In this document: piece after piece, positions 26,335 through 36,310 of the stretch | Numbering within the stretch: the first letter of the stretch is position 1 | Layout: each line of letters opens with the position of its first letter | Source of the DNA: Candidatus Dormiibacterota bacterium | GTDB lineage: Bacteria > Chloroflexota > Dormibacteria > Aeolococcales > Aeolococcaceae | DNA length: 56,263 bases | Direction: 5' to 3' | Assembly (NCBI GenBank): GCA_027365835.1 | Contig: DAHXLU010000051.1 | Coordinates: 1-56,263 of the forward strand | Position numbers and translations under genes: made by a program | Notes under the pieces: model-generated | Database searches by the model: none | What the model was told of the DNA's origin: nothing | What the model saw: the letters and a program-made list of their open reading frames with translations, nothing else

Positions 26335-27407
26335 AACGGTACAAGCTTGCAGGCTTTCGCAAGCCCTGCGAGGTCACCATCAAAGTCAACCGAGCTGTGG
26401 CCATGGGGCTCCACTGAGGGATCTTTCAGGCCATGTCCTGTGAGGACGCACACTGCCGAACTGTCCCTGGGCAGACGGTTCTCCGAAAGCAGGCGGCCCA
26501 GTATTGCCACAGATGTGGCCGAGGCCGGTTCACAGAACACCCCCTCTGCCCGTGCAAGCAGTCGCTGTGCAGAAAGGATATCCTCGTCCTCCACCATATC
26601 AATGATGCCGTCTGATTCCCCAAGCGCAGCCAGCGCCTGTTTCCATGACGCAGGGTTGCCGATCCGGATGGCCGAGGCCACTGTTTCTGGCGATTCAACC
26701 GGATGGCCCAGCACAATGGGGGCTGCTCCTGCTGCCTGTCCTCCGATCATCCGCGGCGTGGATGGTATCCTGCCGGCAGCCTTCTCCTCGACAAACCCCT
26801 TCCAGTAGGCAGTGATGTTGCCGGCGTTTCCAACTGGAAGCACCAGCAGGTCTGGGGCCTGGCCCAGCTCGTCAACAATTTCGAATGCTGCAGTTTTCTG
26901 GCCTTCGATCCGGTAGGGGTTGATACTGTTCACAATTGCAACCCGGTAGGCGGCACCGAGACTGCGCACCAGGCTAAGTGCTGTATCGAAGGAGCCCTCC
27001 ACCGAGACAACAGTAGCACCGTGCATCTGCGCCTGGAGGAGCTTGCTTTTCGAGATTTTCCCCTTTGGCACCAGGATGAGGCACGACAGGCCCGCGCGCG
27101 CCGCATATGCCGCAGCTGAGGCGCTGGTGTTGCCGGTCGAAGCGCATATGACGCAGGTTGCACCCTCTTCTGCCGCCTTCGCAATCGCAACCACCATCCC
27201 CCGATCCTTGAATGATCCAGTTGGGTTCATTCCTTCAAATTTCAGGTACAGGGAGGAGAGGCCCAGTATCGAGGCGAGACGGGTAGCAGGGATGCATGGC
27301 GTGCTGCCCTCCGAGAGGCTGATCATTGGCGTGTCTTTTGTCAGTGGCAGCCGTGCGCCATACCGGGCGAGTACGCCAGCGCCGGTGGAATTTTCCCTAT
27401 TTTCCAT
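26331..27407 (-). CDS. thrC: Threonine synthase
   Basis: EGMNPTGSFKDRGM (PLP Lys), CASTGNTSAS, NSINPYRIEGQKT, PVGNAGN, EPASA, LTGHGLKDP. Confidence 0.96.
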   Translation of the reverse strand: MENRENSTGAGVLARYGARLPLTKDTPMISLSEGSTPCIPATRLASILGLSSLYLKFEGMNPTGSFKDRGMVVAIAKAAEEGATCVICASTGNTSASAAAYAARAGLSCLILVPKGKISKSKLLQAQMHGATVVSVEGSFDTALSLVRSLGAAYRVAIVNSINPYRIEGQKTAAFEIVDELGQAPDLLVLPVGNAGNITAYWKGFVEEKAAGRIPSTPRMIGGQAAGAAPIVLGHPVESPETVASAIRIGNPASWKQALAALGESDGIIDMVEDEDILSAQRLLARAEGVFCEPASATSVAILGRLLSENRLPRDSSAVCVLTGHGLKDPSVEPHGHSSVDFDGDLAGLAKACKLVPL

Positions 27408-28860
27408 GTCTTGTCCTCTCTATTGTTCCCTTGTCTGTATCGCCCTGATCCAGACAGCGCTTCCCCTCGGGTGGAGTTGTGATCTGCTTCCTGCCTGGGT
27501 GTGCTTCAAGGACAGGCAAGAGGGCAAAGCTCTCGTCACATGGGAGGGAACCATCCTGTAGCGACAGTTCTTTACCGATGCTCTCTACCAGGCATGCCCA
27601 GTGTGTTTTGCTATGTGCGATTCTCCCTTTTTCTGCCGTCGTGAAATGGATACTGTCCATCCGCGTGGAGTCCACCGGAAGGTTCGAACCTGTTTCGTCT
27701 CCCCTTACCGCAAATCCGCTTGCGGCAAGCCGTGCGATGGCCGCTTGCGGTGTCCCCGCTCCTGTCGCCAGCCACCTATTGGGGGTACCGCACGGGGTAG
27801 CATGGACCGGCTCTTCCAGCCCAGTGAGCGCTGGTCGGACGTTGTCCTTCCTGCTGCCGGTAAGGCACGCATTCAGGTCGTTCAGTACGGCACTGGTGGT
27901 CGCCTTGCCCCCAGCGCCAGCACCACTCACGAATGTGGTGCCAGCAAGGTCCGAATACACAACTAGGCCGCACCCGGTGGCTGGCAGAGTGGCAAGTGGG
28001 TGACCCAGTTCGCATGCTCCCAGTCCACACCATATCCCTGTAGTGCCCCTGGTGTTGACTGGAGTGCATATGGCAACTGGTGCCAGGGCCAGGCCCAGGC
28101 TTCGCGCAGGGAGAGCTGTTTTTGCAGCCAGCGTGGTCACCCCCGGAGCAAGTGTTGCAACCTGCCTGTTTCCTGGCCAGGCCAGGTGTGAGAGAAGCCT
28201 GGCCTTGTCCAGGGCGTCCTGCCCGGAGAGGTCTCGCGATGGATCTGCTTCAGCCATTCCCTCTGCCCTGGCTATCTGAAGTGCACTCTCCAGCGACTGA
28301 CCCATGCCTGCCAGCTGCAGTACCAGATTGCTGGTGGCGTTGAGCACACCGGTCAGACCCAGGATCTGGTCACAGGAAAGTGCATGTTCCATCATTTCGA
28401 TCATTGGCACGGCCCCCCCTACACATGCGGAAAAGTAAATCCCGGTTCCACTTCTGGCGGCAGCAGCCTGTAAGTCGTTCCAGTGGAGTGCCAGCAGCTC
28501 CTTGTTGGCAGTGATGACTGGAATTCCACGCGCAAGCGCAGTCAGGCAGGCGTTGAGCGCTGGCTCTTCTCCCCCCATGACATCAATAAGTATTGTTACC
28601 TCGGGATTGCCCGCAAGTGAGACAGCATCCGTGGTAAGAGGGATTTTTTCGAAAACAGCGGGCCGCTTTCTCTGTGGGTCCCGGATTGCAGCCCCTACGA
28701 TGCGTGGGGTGGGAAGGAAAGGCAGGGTACCTGGATCGCAGAGTCGCGACACAACTGCAGTGCCTACAGTCCCTGCACCAAGCAGTCCTATTCCCTCTGT
28801 GCTTTCGGTTGGCGCAGGGTTGGGTGCCAGGCCATCTGTGGGACGCACTCCTGTATCCAT
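27397..28860 (-). CDS. hom: Homoserine dehydrogenase
   Basis: GLLGAGTVG, VITANK, VGGAVP, GVLNATSN, AEADPSRDLSGQD, GAGAGGKAT; leads the thr operon. Confidence 0.88.
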   Translation of the reverse strand: MDTGVRPTDGLAPNPAPTESTEGIGLLGAGTVGTAVVSRLCDPGTLPFLPTPRIVGAAIRDPQRKRPAVFEKIPLTTDAVSLAGNPEVTILIDVMGGEEPALNACLTALARGIPVITANKELLALHWNDLQAAAARSGTGIYFSACVGGAVPMIEMMEHALSCDQILGLTGVLNATSNLVLQLAGMGQSLESALQIARAEGMAEADPSRDLSGQDALDKARLLSHLAWPGNRQVATLAPGVTTLAAKTALPARSLGLALAPVAICTPVNTRGTTGIWCGLGACELGHPLATLPATGCGLVVYSDLAGTTFVSGAGAGGKATTSAVLNDLNACLTGSRKDNVRPALTGLEEPVHATPCGTPNRWLATGAGTPQAAIARLAASGFAVRGDETGSNLPVDSTRMDSIHFTTAEKGRIAHSKTHWACLVESIGKELSLQDGSLPCDESFALLPVLEAHPGRKQITTPPEGKRCLDQGDTDKGTIERTRHGK

Positions 28861-29134
28861 AGATGGCGATTGTATGAGACCAGCCCATCACCCGGCTTTT
28901 AGCATGGGGATTCTGGCTATGGCGCTGCAGCTGACAGAGGCATCCAGAGGTGGAGCCAACGGCTTTGAGCCTGGCTCAAAGCCGTTGGACAAGCTGCCCC
29001 TCTGTCGCGTGCAGCGTCCCTGGTCGCTCAAGAGCGTAATCTGTCATCTGTTGTCAGCGGCAGCTTACCCTGATGGGGGGTTGGCAGTGGCGCTGGATAA
29101 GGAGGACGGGGGGCAAGCGGAGGACACGGTAAAA

Positions 29135-30298
29135 ATGGCCAAGGTAGTGATAGGCGGAGCGGTGCGCACGCCGCTTGGAAAAGGGTCGGCGAAAAATGGA
29201 GCCCTGCGTGAGATCCATCCGGAGAGGTTGCTGGCAACTGTGCTTGAGGCGCTGGTAGCCCGCACCGGGATCGAACCAGGGATGGTCGAGGACGTTGTGG
29301 TTGGCTGTGTCAGCCAGGTCGGTGAGCAGGCATTCAATGTCGCAAGACAAGGCACGTTACTTGCTGGCTTTCCGGTCGAGGTGCCCGCCACTACCGTTGA
29401 CCGGCAATGCGGGTCGTCTGAACAGGCGCTCCACCTGGCTTCCGCCATGATCGCCTGTGGCCAGGCTGACATGGTAATTGCAGCGGGCGTGGAAAGCATG
29501 AGCAGGGTGCCCATGGGCTCCAGCATTGCAGTTTCGGGCACGCCATTTCCCGATGAATTCCTTGCAATGTATCCAGTTACCAACCAGGGAATAGCGGCAG
29601 AGCGTGTGGCAGAAAAGTGGGTCATCTCGCGGGCCGACGCTGACCGTTTCGCACTTCTCTCCCAGCAAAGGGCGGCAGCAGCTGCATCCCAGGGCCGGTT
29701 CGACAAGGAAATAGTGCCGGTTCGGGTGCAGCAGGAAGGGGGCGAGATTGAGATAACCGCTGACCAGGGCATACGGCCCGAGACGACTCTGGAGGGGCTG
29801 GCACAGCTCTCGCCAGCGTTTCGGCCCGGTGGAATCCTGCACGCCGGCAATTCCTCCCAGATCACAGATGGCGCAGCCGCAGTGCTTCTGCTGTCGGAAG
29901 AACGGGCGAGAGCTCTTTCCCTTGCTCCACTTGCGCGTATCGCAGCCTGGACAACGGTGGGTGTGGACCCGGTGCTGATGCTTACTGGTCCCATTCCGGC
30001 CACAAGTCGCGTTCTGCAGAGGGCGGGGTTGTTGCTGGAAGATATCGACCGGGTTGAGATCAATGAGGCTTTTGCCCCTGTCGTTCTGGCGTGGGAGAAG
30101 GAGCACCATCCTGACATGGCAAAGGTCAACGTTAATGGCGGCGCCATCGCGCTCGGGCATCCGCTTGGTGCAAGTGGTGCCCGCCTGATGACCACCTTGC
30201 TGCACGAGCTGCTCCGGAGTGGATTGAGACGCGGCCTGCAGACCATGTGCTGTGGGGGTGGTCTGGGCACCGCTACGGTTATAGATCTCGATGTCTGA
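29135..30298 (+). CDS. Acetyl-CoA C-acyltransferase (thiolase)
   Basis: ATG 29135 after GGAGGA. VRTP, DRQCGS (catalytic Cys), AGVESMS, NEAFA, GGAIALGHPLGASG, TMCCGGG. Confidence 0.95.
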   Translation: MAKVVIGGAVRTPLGKGSAKNGALREIHPERLLATVLEALVARTGIEPGMVEDVVVGCVSQVGEQAFNVARQGTLLAGFPVEVPATTVDRQCGSSEQALHLASAMIACGQADMVIAAGVESMSRVPMGSSIAVSGTPFPDEFLAMYPVTNQGIAAERVAEKWVISRADADRFALLSQQRAAAAASQGRFDKEIVPVRVQQEGGEIEITADQGIRPETTLEGLAQLSPAFRPGGILHAGNSSQITDGAAAVLLLSEERARALSLAPLARIAAWTTVGVDPVLMLTGPIPATSRVLQRAGLLLEDIDRVEINEAFAPVVLAWEKEHHPDMAKVNVNGGAIALGHPLGASGARLMTTLLHELLRSGLRRGLQTMCCGGGLGTATVIDLDV

Positions 30299-30430
30299 CC
30301 CGCACATCCGGCTAAACTGGCCATAGCGCCTGACTTTTGGTAATGATATGCTCAGATTTGGGCCGTACCCAGTGGAAAGGCAAGGTGCTGGTGTGGTAGC
30401 CCATGGTTGAGGCCGCAAAAAGGGAACTGC

Positions 30431-30796
30431 ATGAAAAAGGTACTGATCATCGAGGACTACTATGCTGTAGCCGATATGGAGCAGTACCTGTGTTCCATGG
30501 AAGGATACGAGGTTGCGGTGGCTGCTTCGGGTGAGGAAGGGCTTGCGCTCCTGGATGAGTTTAAGCCGGATCTCCTTCTGCTCGATCTCAGTCTCCCGGG
30601 TGCCATGAGTGGCACAGACGTTCTGGAAAAGGTACGTGCTGAGCACGGGGATATTCCCAAGGTGCTGGTAGTCAGTGCCCTGGTTGGGTCTGACAACGAA
30701 GATGAGCTTCGGGCTCATGGTAATGTCGACGTGTTGGGGAAGCCGTTCCTTATAAAGGATCTGGCTACCAGAATCCAGATTATGCTCTCGACCTAG
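30431..30796 (+). CDS. Stand-alone response regulator receiver protein
   Basis: VLIIED, PDLLLLDLSLP (phospho-Asp), VSA, KPF; no output domain. Confidence 0.88.
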   Translation: MKKVLIIEDYYAVADMEQYLCSMEGYEVAVAASGEEGLALLDEFKPDLLLLDLSLPGAMSGTDVLEKVRAEHGDIPKVLVVSALVGSDNEDELRAHGNVDVLGKPFLIKDLATRIQIMLST

Positions 30797-30993
30797 CGGC
30801 GGCCAGCTAGATAGCCGGTGTCGGGGAGATCGCCAGTCAGATCGCTGCCCGGACCCTGGCGTGTTCTGGCCGGCTGGGCGCAAAAAGCGTATCATTCCTA
30901 GGCAACTGGTCCAGAATCGGACATGGGATCGCCCAGGGTTTTTCTTTTAGGGCGAAAGTGCTACTTGCGCGATAAGTAAGGAGGAGGTTCTTT

Positions 30994-31281
30994 TTGCCAG
31001 GTCGTCCAGCAAGGTCTGCCCAGCGGCGTGCACCGTCACGGCGCACTGCCGAACCGCAGCCGGAGCAGAAGGAAGAGACCATTGAGATGGATGCGGTTGT
31101 CGTTGAGCCGTTACCCAATGCAATGTTCAAGGTGCGCTTGCAGACCGGGCAGGAAGTGCTTGCTTATACCTCGGGCAAGATGCGCAAGTTCTACATCCGC
31201 ATTCTGATTGGCGATCGCGTCAGGGTTGAGTTGAGCCCGTACGATCTGACCCGTGGGCGCATAACATTCCGCTACAAGTAG
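30994..31281 (+). CDS. infA: Translation initiation factor IF-1 with basic N-terminal extension
   Basis: Strong RBS AAGGAGGAGG before TTG 30994. [42 protein letters not shown]. Confidence 0.95.
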   Translation: MPGRPARSAQRRAPSRRTAEPQPEQKEETIEMDAVVVEPLPNAMFKVRLQTGQEVLAYTSGKMRKFYIRILIGDRVRVELSPYDLTRGRITFRYK

Positions 31282-31290
31282 CACTCCCTG

Positions 31291-31527
31291 GTGCGCTATG
31301 CGCGCCCCGTGCAGGACTCCCAGGAGTACCTGTTCATCCCTGGACCCGGGCATGTGTTTGGCACCCTGGCTCAATGCATGGTATTTGCGCAGGCGCAGGT
31401 TGTCATGGGTAGGCCCAGACAGGCAGCAAGAGGCAGCGCGCAAGTGACTATGGTAGCGCGCGCACTTCTCTTCCATTGGGAGCGGCGTGGGGATGGGATG
31501 CTGTTTCGTACCGCCCATGTCACCTGA
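31291..31527 (+). CDS. Small hypothetical protein
   Basis: Fills the gap directly after infA; no recognisable motif. Confidence 0.3.
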   Translation: MRYARPVQDSQEYLFIPGPGHVFGTLAQCMVFAQAQVVMGRPRQAARGSAQVTMVARALLFHWERRGDGMLFRTAHVT

Positions 31528-31574
31528 TGGGGAGAGTACGGTAGCTCAGCCCATCAGGTGACTGCGGAGGCCCA

Positions 31575-32498
31575 TTACGTTCTTGCTCTTGCTGCGAACC
31601 AGTCACAGGTCAGCGCAATGCCTGTTTCCAGGTCGATGGAGGGAGACCATCCAAGTGCTGCTCTTGCCAGGCTGATGTCGAGTACGGAGCGGCGCTGTTC
31701 TCCGGGCCGGGCTGGGCCGAAGGCAGGTTCTGCATCATAGCCGGTCGCGTGGGCAATCCCCCTGGCTATATCCCTGACTGATGTAGCAACGCCCGTTCCT
31801 ATGTTGTAGCTACCTGGCGCAGAGGTTAGCGCAGCGACGTTGGCGCGCGCTACATCTTCGACATAGACATAGTCCCTGGTCTGTAGCCCATCCCCGTTTA
31901 TGACCACACTCTTCCTTTCCAGCATGCGCTGGGCAAAGATTGCAACTACCCCGGCTTCTCCATGTGGGTCCTGCCTGGGACCATACACATTTGCGTACCG
32001 AAGGGCGGTAAAGGCAAGACCATACATGCTTGAATATGCTGACCCATACAGCTCCCCGCTCCCTTTGGCCGCTCCATACGGTGAAGCCGGAAGGAGACTG
32101 TGTGTCTCTGGGGTCGGGACGATCTCGGTGTCGCCGTAGATGGCACCGCCGCTGGAAGCAAATACAAGTTTTGGAACTTTTGCAGAGCAGGTGGCGTTGA
32201 GCAGATTGATGGTGCCCATGACGTTGGTCTGTGCATCTGCCAGCGGGTCGGCGACCGAGCTGCGCACATCTATCTGGGCTGCCAGGTGGAAGATGGCATC
32301 TGGTGCCACCTCGTGGATTACAGCCGCAATGCCAGGCTCCTCGACTCCCATTTCTATGAGTCTTGCTGTCGGGTGCAGATTCTCTCTGCTTCCCCGGCGC
32401 AAGTCATCGATAACAGTAACCTCGTGGCCGTCGGCACAGAGCATGTCTACCAGCGTTGAGCCGATGAAACCCGCTCCACCTGTAACTATCAGTCTCAC
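31575..32498 (-). CDS. NAD-dependent epimerase/dehydratase (UDP-glucose 4-epimerase-like SDR)
   Basis: GTG 32498 after GAGGAGGAG. TGGAGFIGS, HLAAQIDVR, SSGGAIYG, YGAAK, RYANVYGPRQDPHGEAGVV, RDYVYV. Confidence 0.92.
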   Translation of the reverse strand: MRLIVTGGAGFIGSTLVDMLCADGHEVTVIDDLRRGSRENLHPTARLIEMGVEEPGIAAVIHEVAPDAIFHLAAQIDVRSSVADPLADAQTNVMGTINLLNATCSAKVPKLVFASSGGAIYGDTEIVPTPETHSLLPASPYGAAKGSGELYGSAYSSMYGLAFTALRYANVYGPRQDPHGEAGVVAIFAQRMLERKSVVINGDGLQTRDYVYVEDVARANVAALTSAPGSYNIGTGVATSVRDIARGIAHATGYDAEPAFGPARPGEQRRSVLDISLARAALGWSPSIDLETGIALTCDWFAARART

Positions 32499-32787
32499 CA
32501 GCTCCTCCTCGTCTGCTTCAGGACCCAGCCTTATCAGTGGCTGCAGACAAGTGTAGGGGACGCCGCCCGGCCATGGTGCTCTCGTGACGCAGAGGTTCGC
32601 CCCCGCCCTTCTTGCTGTCCTCGCGTTCTCCCCTTGCAACGCTTTCTGTAATCAGGTTCTGGGGCGGGCGGTGCGGCCGGTATAAGATAGGGTGAGCGAC
32701 TGGAATCTGGCTTTTGGCCGTGGATTCCGCCCATGGGAAGGCTGGCATTCTGGCTCTACAGGCCCAAACAGCGGGAGAGCGTGCTCC

Positions 32788-34026
32788 ATGGGTATGGACG
32801 AGATACTGATTCTGGGTGGTGCAGCCATCGTAATGCTGGCTTTGCTGCTGGCGCTCGTGATTCTCTATCTTGCTCCAGCTTTTGCCCTGGTGCGTGCTGT
32901 GCGCAGGCTCGGTGCCGGGGACCTGGAAACTCCCGTACCGGCACGCTGGTGGGGAGGACTGGGGCTGGTTGCAAGCTCCCTGGAGCAGCTGCGCCTGCAG
33001 ACGGTCGCCTCGCTGCGCCGCTCGCATGCCCGGGCCGCAGTTGGCGTCGCAGTAACCCAGAATCGCCCTCTCTCTACCTCACTCAAGGAGATAGTAGAGG
33101 AGCTGACCAGCGCAGTGAGGGCGGCAGGAAGCATTATGCTGGTCAATGAATCTGCCCTTGGAAGCAGTTTCACTGTTACCAGTGAAAGCCTGGCCGGCGT
33201 TAGCCCACAGGATATTGCGGGCAGCAGCCAGGTGGCAGCCCTTGCTACTGCCGTACAGCACTGGTTGCCACAGCAGCAGCCTGTGGAGGAAGGTGCCCCA
33301 CCGTGGCTGGCCTCCTACCACACGCTATGTGGGGCACCACTGTTCTACGCTGGCAAGAGCTTTGGGCTGATATGCGTGCTGGATGCGGTTGATTGTGCTG
33401 AGGCTGACAGGGAGCTGGTAGCGTCAATAGGACGACAGGTTGCCTCGGTCCTGGATCGATATCGGGTGCTGGGCGATTACCAGCGCCAGGCCATTACAGA
33501 CGGCCTTACCGGTCTTCACAACTACCGGTTCCTGGTGGATCATCTGGACCAGCAGGTAGCGCTCGCACATCGCACCGGCATTCCGCTCTCGCTGCTGATG
33601 CTGGATATCGACCACTTCAAGGAGTTCAACGACAGTCACGGACATCCTGCCGGTGATGCTGCGCTGTGTGCTTTTGCAAACTCCCTGAAAGAAACCGTGC
33701 GCAGGGCCGACCTTGTGGCCAGATATGGGGGAGAGGAGTTTGTTGTTGTCATGGCCAATGCGAGCCGCTCTGACTCACTGTCCGTTGCTGAAAAGATCCG
33801 GAGTACAGTGCAACAGACCCGCTTCCTCCTTCCTGGCAAGGAAGGCATGTTTGGGATTACAGTCAGCATAGGGGTGGCGCTACTTCCAGGCGGTGCCAGC
33901 AGGATGACGGGGAGGGAACTTATTCAGGCGGCCGATGCAGCGCTCTATCAAGCCAAACATCTGGGGCGGAACCGGGTGGTGTTTTATGAAGGAACAATTG
34001 TAGACACTCTGGAGCAGTCATCCTGA
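32788..34026 (+). CDS. Membrane-anchored diguanylate cyclase (TM-HAMP-GAF-GGDEF)
   Basis: N-terminal TM helix, DGLTGLHN, DIDHFKEFND..GHPAGD, I-site RRAD and A-site RYGGEEF. Confidence 0.9.
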   Translation: MGMDEILILGGAAIVMLALLLALVILYLAPAFALVRAVRRLGAGDLETPVPARWWGGLGLVASSLEQLRLQTVASLRRSHARAAVGVAVTQNRPLSTSLKEIVEELTSAVRAAGSIMLVNESALGSSFTVTSESLAGVSPQDIAGSSQVAALATAVQHWLPQQQPVEEGAPPWLASYHTLCGAPLFYAGKSFGLICVLDAVDCAEADRELVASIGRQVASVLDRYRVLGDYQRQAITDGLTGLHNYRFLVDHLDQQVALAHRTGIPLSLLMLDIDHFKEFNDSHGHPAGDAALCAFANSLKETVRRADLVARYGGEEFVVVMANASRSDSLSVAEKIRSTVQQTRFLLPGKEGMFGITVSIGVALLPGGASRMTGRELIQAADAALYQAKHLGRNRVVFYEGTIVDTLEQSS

Positions 34027-34126
34027 GGTTTTTACGTGTGGTTCCTGGTGCCCCCAGTCTTAAATCCGGCTGTAGCCGGGTCACTGTGCATTGACGGCAA
34101 GCAGCCACCCGGTCAGGCAGACAGGT

Positions 34127-34160
34127 ATAAAAAAGAGGCCGAATTCGGCCTCTTTTTTAT
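34127..34160. terminator. Bidirectional rho-independent terminator
   Basis: Perfect 34-bp palindrome ATAAAAAAGAGGCCGAATTCGGCCTCTTTTTTAT between convergent genes, with U-tracts on both strands. Confidence 0.88.
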
Positions 34161-34171
34161 TGATCCTGAAT

Positions 34172-34744
34172 TTAGGCTTCTGACCCACCCATTGGTGTGG
34201 GGGTAGATACCTTGCGACCCCGCCGTGCTGCAGGGCGGCTTACGCGGCGCGCTGCTGTCCTGCGGGCGGCAACGGTTACCCCACGGGATGCTGCGGTCCT
34301 GCGGGTGGCGGGACGGCTTGCAGTTGTGCGGGGGCTGACCGCTGACACGGTACGGCGCACAGTCCGCTTTGCCGCTGGCTTCCTGGCAGTCGTTGCTTTC
34401 CGCACGGTGGCCTTCTTTGCAGCGGGCTTGCGGGCGGCAGGCCTTGCTGCAGTGGTGCGTGTGGCCCGCGGCGTGACAGTCCTGCTGCTGCGGGTGGTTG
34501 AGCGGGCAGCCTTGGTTACGCGGTCGAGCGCCTTGCGGATCTCCACCTCAAGCTTGCCAACTGTCTTCTCAAGGTCGTTGAGGCGCTTGTCCATGTCCTT
34601 GATGGGAAGCGCATTTGCGAATCCCTGCACTGCCTTCATCAGATCGCCGCTGGCAAAACTGCCCTTGGCCCTTGGTGTGGTTGTCTTCCTGGTTGTGCGA
34701 CGCACCGGCGTCCGCTTTGCTGTTGTCTTCCTTGGCTTTGGCAT
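34172..34744 (-). CDS. Histone H1-like highly basic protein with central coiled coil
   Basis: RBS AGGGA/GGAGA. K/R/T/A-rich ends with ARKPAAK repeats and central heptads MDKRLNDLEKTVGKLEVEI. Confidence 0.8.
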   Translation of the reverse strand: MPKPRKTTAKRTPVRRTTRKTTTPRAKGSFASGDLMKAVQGFANALPIKDMDKRLNDLEKTVGKLEVEIRKALDRVTKAARSTTRSSRTVTPRATRTTAARPAARKPAAKKATVRKATTARKPAAKRTVRRTVSAVSPRTTASRPATRRTAASRGVTVAARRTAARRVSRPAARRGRKVSTPTPMGGSEA

Positions 34745-35032
34745 TTGTCCCTTTCTCCTCTTCCGGGCTGGTTGGTAAAAGTTATTGCCCGGACTAAACT
34801 GTTGACCCTTTTGCTGCTCAGGCAGCGCTGTATAGCATGCCTATATATCCTTATCTTGTCAATCAAACTGTGTCAAAGGTTACAACAACCGTCATTGGTA
34901 TTGATAGTGCGGCCGGTGTGGGGACGAGATGTCGGCAGTGCGGCCCTGTCCGTCCAAGGAGTAATCTTTCATGCGGCGCCATTTTCCTGGCGCTTTTTAT
35001 AGGGCGTAGCCGGGTTCAAGGAGAAAGAGGAA

Positions 35033-36310
35033 ATGGCCAGTTTGTCAGCAGTCTCGGTAAAGCGTGAAAGCGGATCCCTGTATGCCGCAGCCCAGGAAAC
35101 CTTTGACCGGATAGCTGCGCAGATCCCACTGTCGGATGACATGCGGGCGGCTCTGCGCCAGGTGCGCAGGGAGCTCGTGGTCCACTTCCCGGTGCAGTTT
35201 GATGATGGTACGCACGGTGTTTTTACCGGCTTTAGGGTTCAGCACAATATCGTTCGCGGCCCAGCCAAGGGTGGGCTGCGGTTTTCCCCGACTGTAACGC
35301 TCGACGATGTACGTGCCCTCTCCATGGCAATGACATGGAAGGCGGCCCTATTTGGACTTCCATTTGGAGGGGCCAAGGGTGGTGTTATCTGCGCTCCGGA
35401 GAAGTTGAGTGCGCGGGAGCTGGAGCGACTCACCCGCCGGTTCACAACCGAGATAGCGTTGCTGCTCGGCCCGGAGAAGGATATCCCATCTACTGATGTT
35501 GGCACCGGGCCGCAGATTATGGCCTGGATCATGGATACGATCTCCATGCATCGTGGCTATTCAGTTCCGGCGGCAGTGACGGGGAAGCCAGTTGAGATAG
35601 GTGGTTCTGAGGGCCGCATGCTTTCGCCCGCGCTCGGAATTGCCACAGTGCTTGCGGACGCCTTTGCAAAGGCGGGACGCAAGCTGGAGGGCTCCACTGT
35701 CGCTATCCAGGGGTTTGGAAAGGTGGGCTCTGGAGCGGCATCGGTGCTGGAGCAACGCGGCATGCGTGTGGTGGCGATATCTGGCCGGGATGGAGGAGTT
35801 CATAACCCAGCTGGTCTCAATGTGTCAGCGTTGCTGGCAGAAAGGGAAAAAGGGCTGCAGCTATCCGGGTCGAGCCTTGGAGACAGGATCAGCAATGAGG
35901 AGCTGCTGGGGCTGGATGTGGATGTGCTAGTACCAGCTGCAGTAGAGATGGCCATAACCGGGGCCAACGTTGCGGCTGTCCGCGCCACCATGATTGTCGA
36001 GGCTGCAAACTCTCCGCTGTCGCCGGAGGCAGACCTGGAACTGCAACGCCGTGGGGTAGTGGTGATACCAGATATCCTTGCGAATGCCGGAGGGCTGCTG
36101 GTCTCATACTTTGAGTGGGTTCAGGATCTTCAGGCGTTTTTCTGGGACGGTTCCCAGGTAAATTCAAAGCTGGAGCAGGCGATGCTCCGGACAGTTGCCG
36201 AGGTGCGTGCCGAGGCTGCGCAGCATTCAGTCTCACTCCGCGACGCGGCGTACAGGATTGCAATCAGGAAGGTGGCCTACGCCACCGAGGTGAGAGGTAT
36301 ATATCCGTAG
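35033..36310 (+). CDS. gdhA: Glu/Leu/Phe/Val dehydrogenase (glutamate dehydrogenase)
   Basis: RVQHN..RGPAKGGLRF, MTWK, PFGGAKGG, VTGKP..IGGS.GR, QGFGKVG, VIPDILANAGG..VSYFEWVQ. Confidence 0.92.
   Translation: MASLSAVSVKRESGSLYAAAQETFDRIAAQIPLSDDMRAALRQVRRELVVHFPVQFDDGTHGVFTGFRVQHNIVRGPAKGGLRFSPTVTLDDVRALSMAMTWKAALFGLPFGGAKGGVICAPEKLSARELERLTRRFTTEIALLLGPEKDIPSTDVGTGPQIMAWIMDTISMHRGYSVPAAVTGKPVEIGGSEGRMLSPALGIATVLADAFAKAGRKLEGSTVAIQGFGKVGSGAASVLEQRGMRVVAISGRDGGVHNPAGLNVSALLAEREKGLQLSGSSLGDRISNEELLGLDVDVLVPAAVEMAITGANVAAVRATMIVEAANSPLSPEADLELQRRGVVVIPDILANAGGLLVSYFEWVQDLQAFFWDGSQVNSKLEQAMLRTVAEVRAEAAQHSVSLRDAAYRIAIRKVAYATEVRGIYP

Noticed and set aside
28502-29134. 211-aa N-terminal extension of the thiolase ORF
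   Set aside because: Overlaps hom on the opposite strand; the canonical thiolase start with RBS is at 29135.
29065-30895. Long antisense ORFs (419 and 512 aa) over thiolase and the receiver gene
   Set aside because: Shadow frames of GC-biased coding sequence with no motifs.
34127-34160. Perfect 34-bp palindrome as a MITE or recombination site
   Set aside because: Single copy between convergent genes with A/T tracts; fully explained as a bidirectional terminator.
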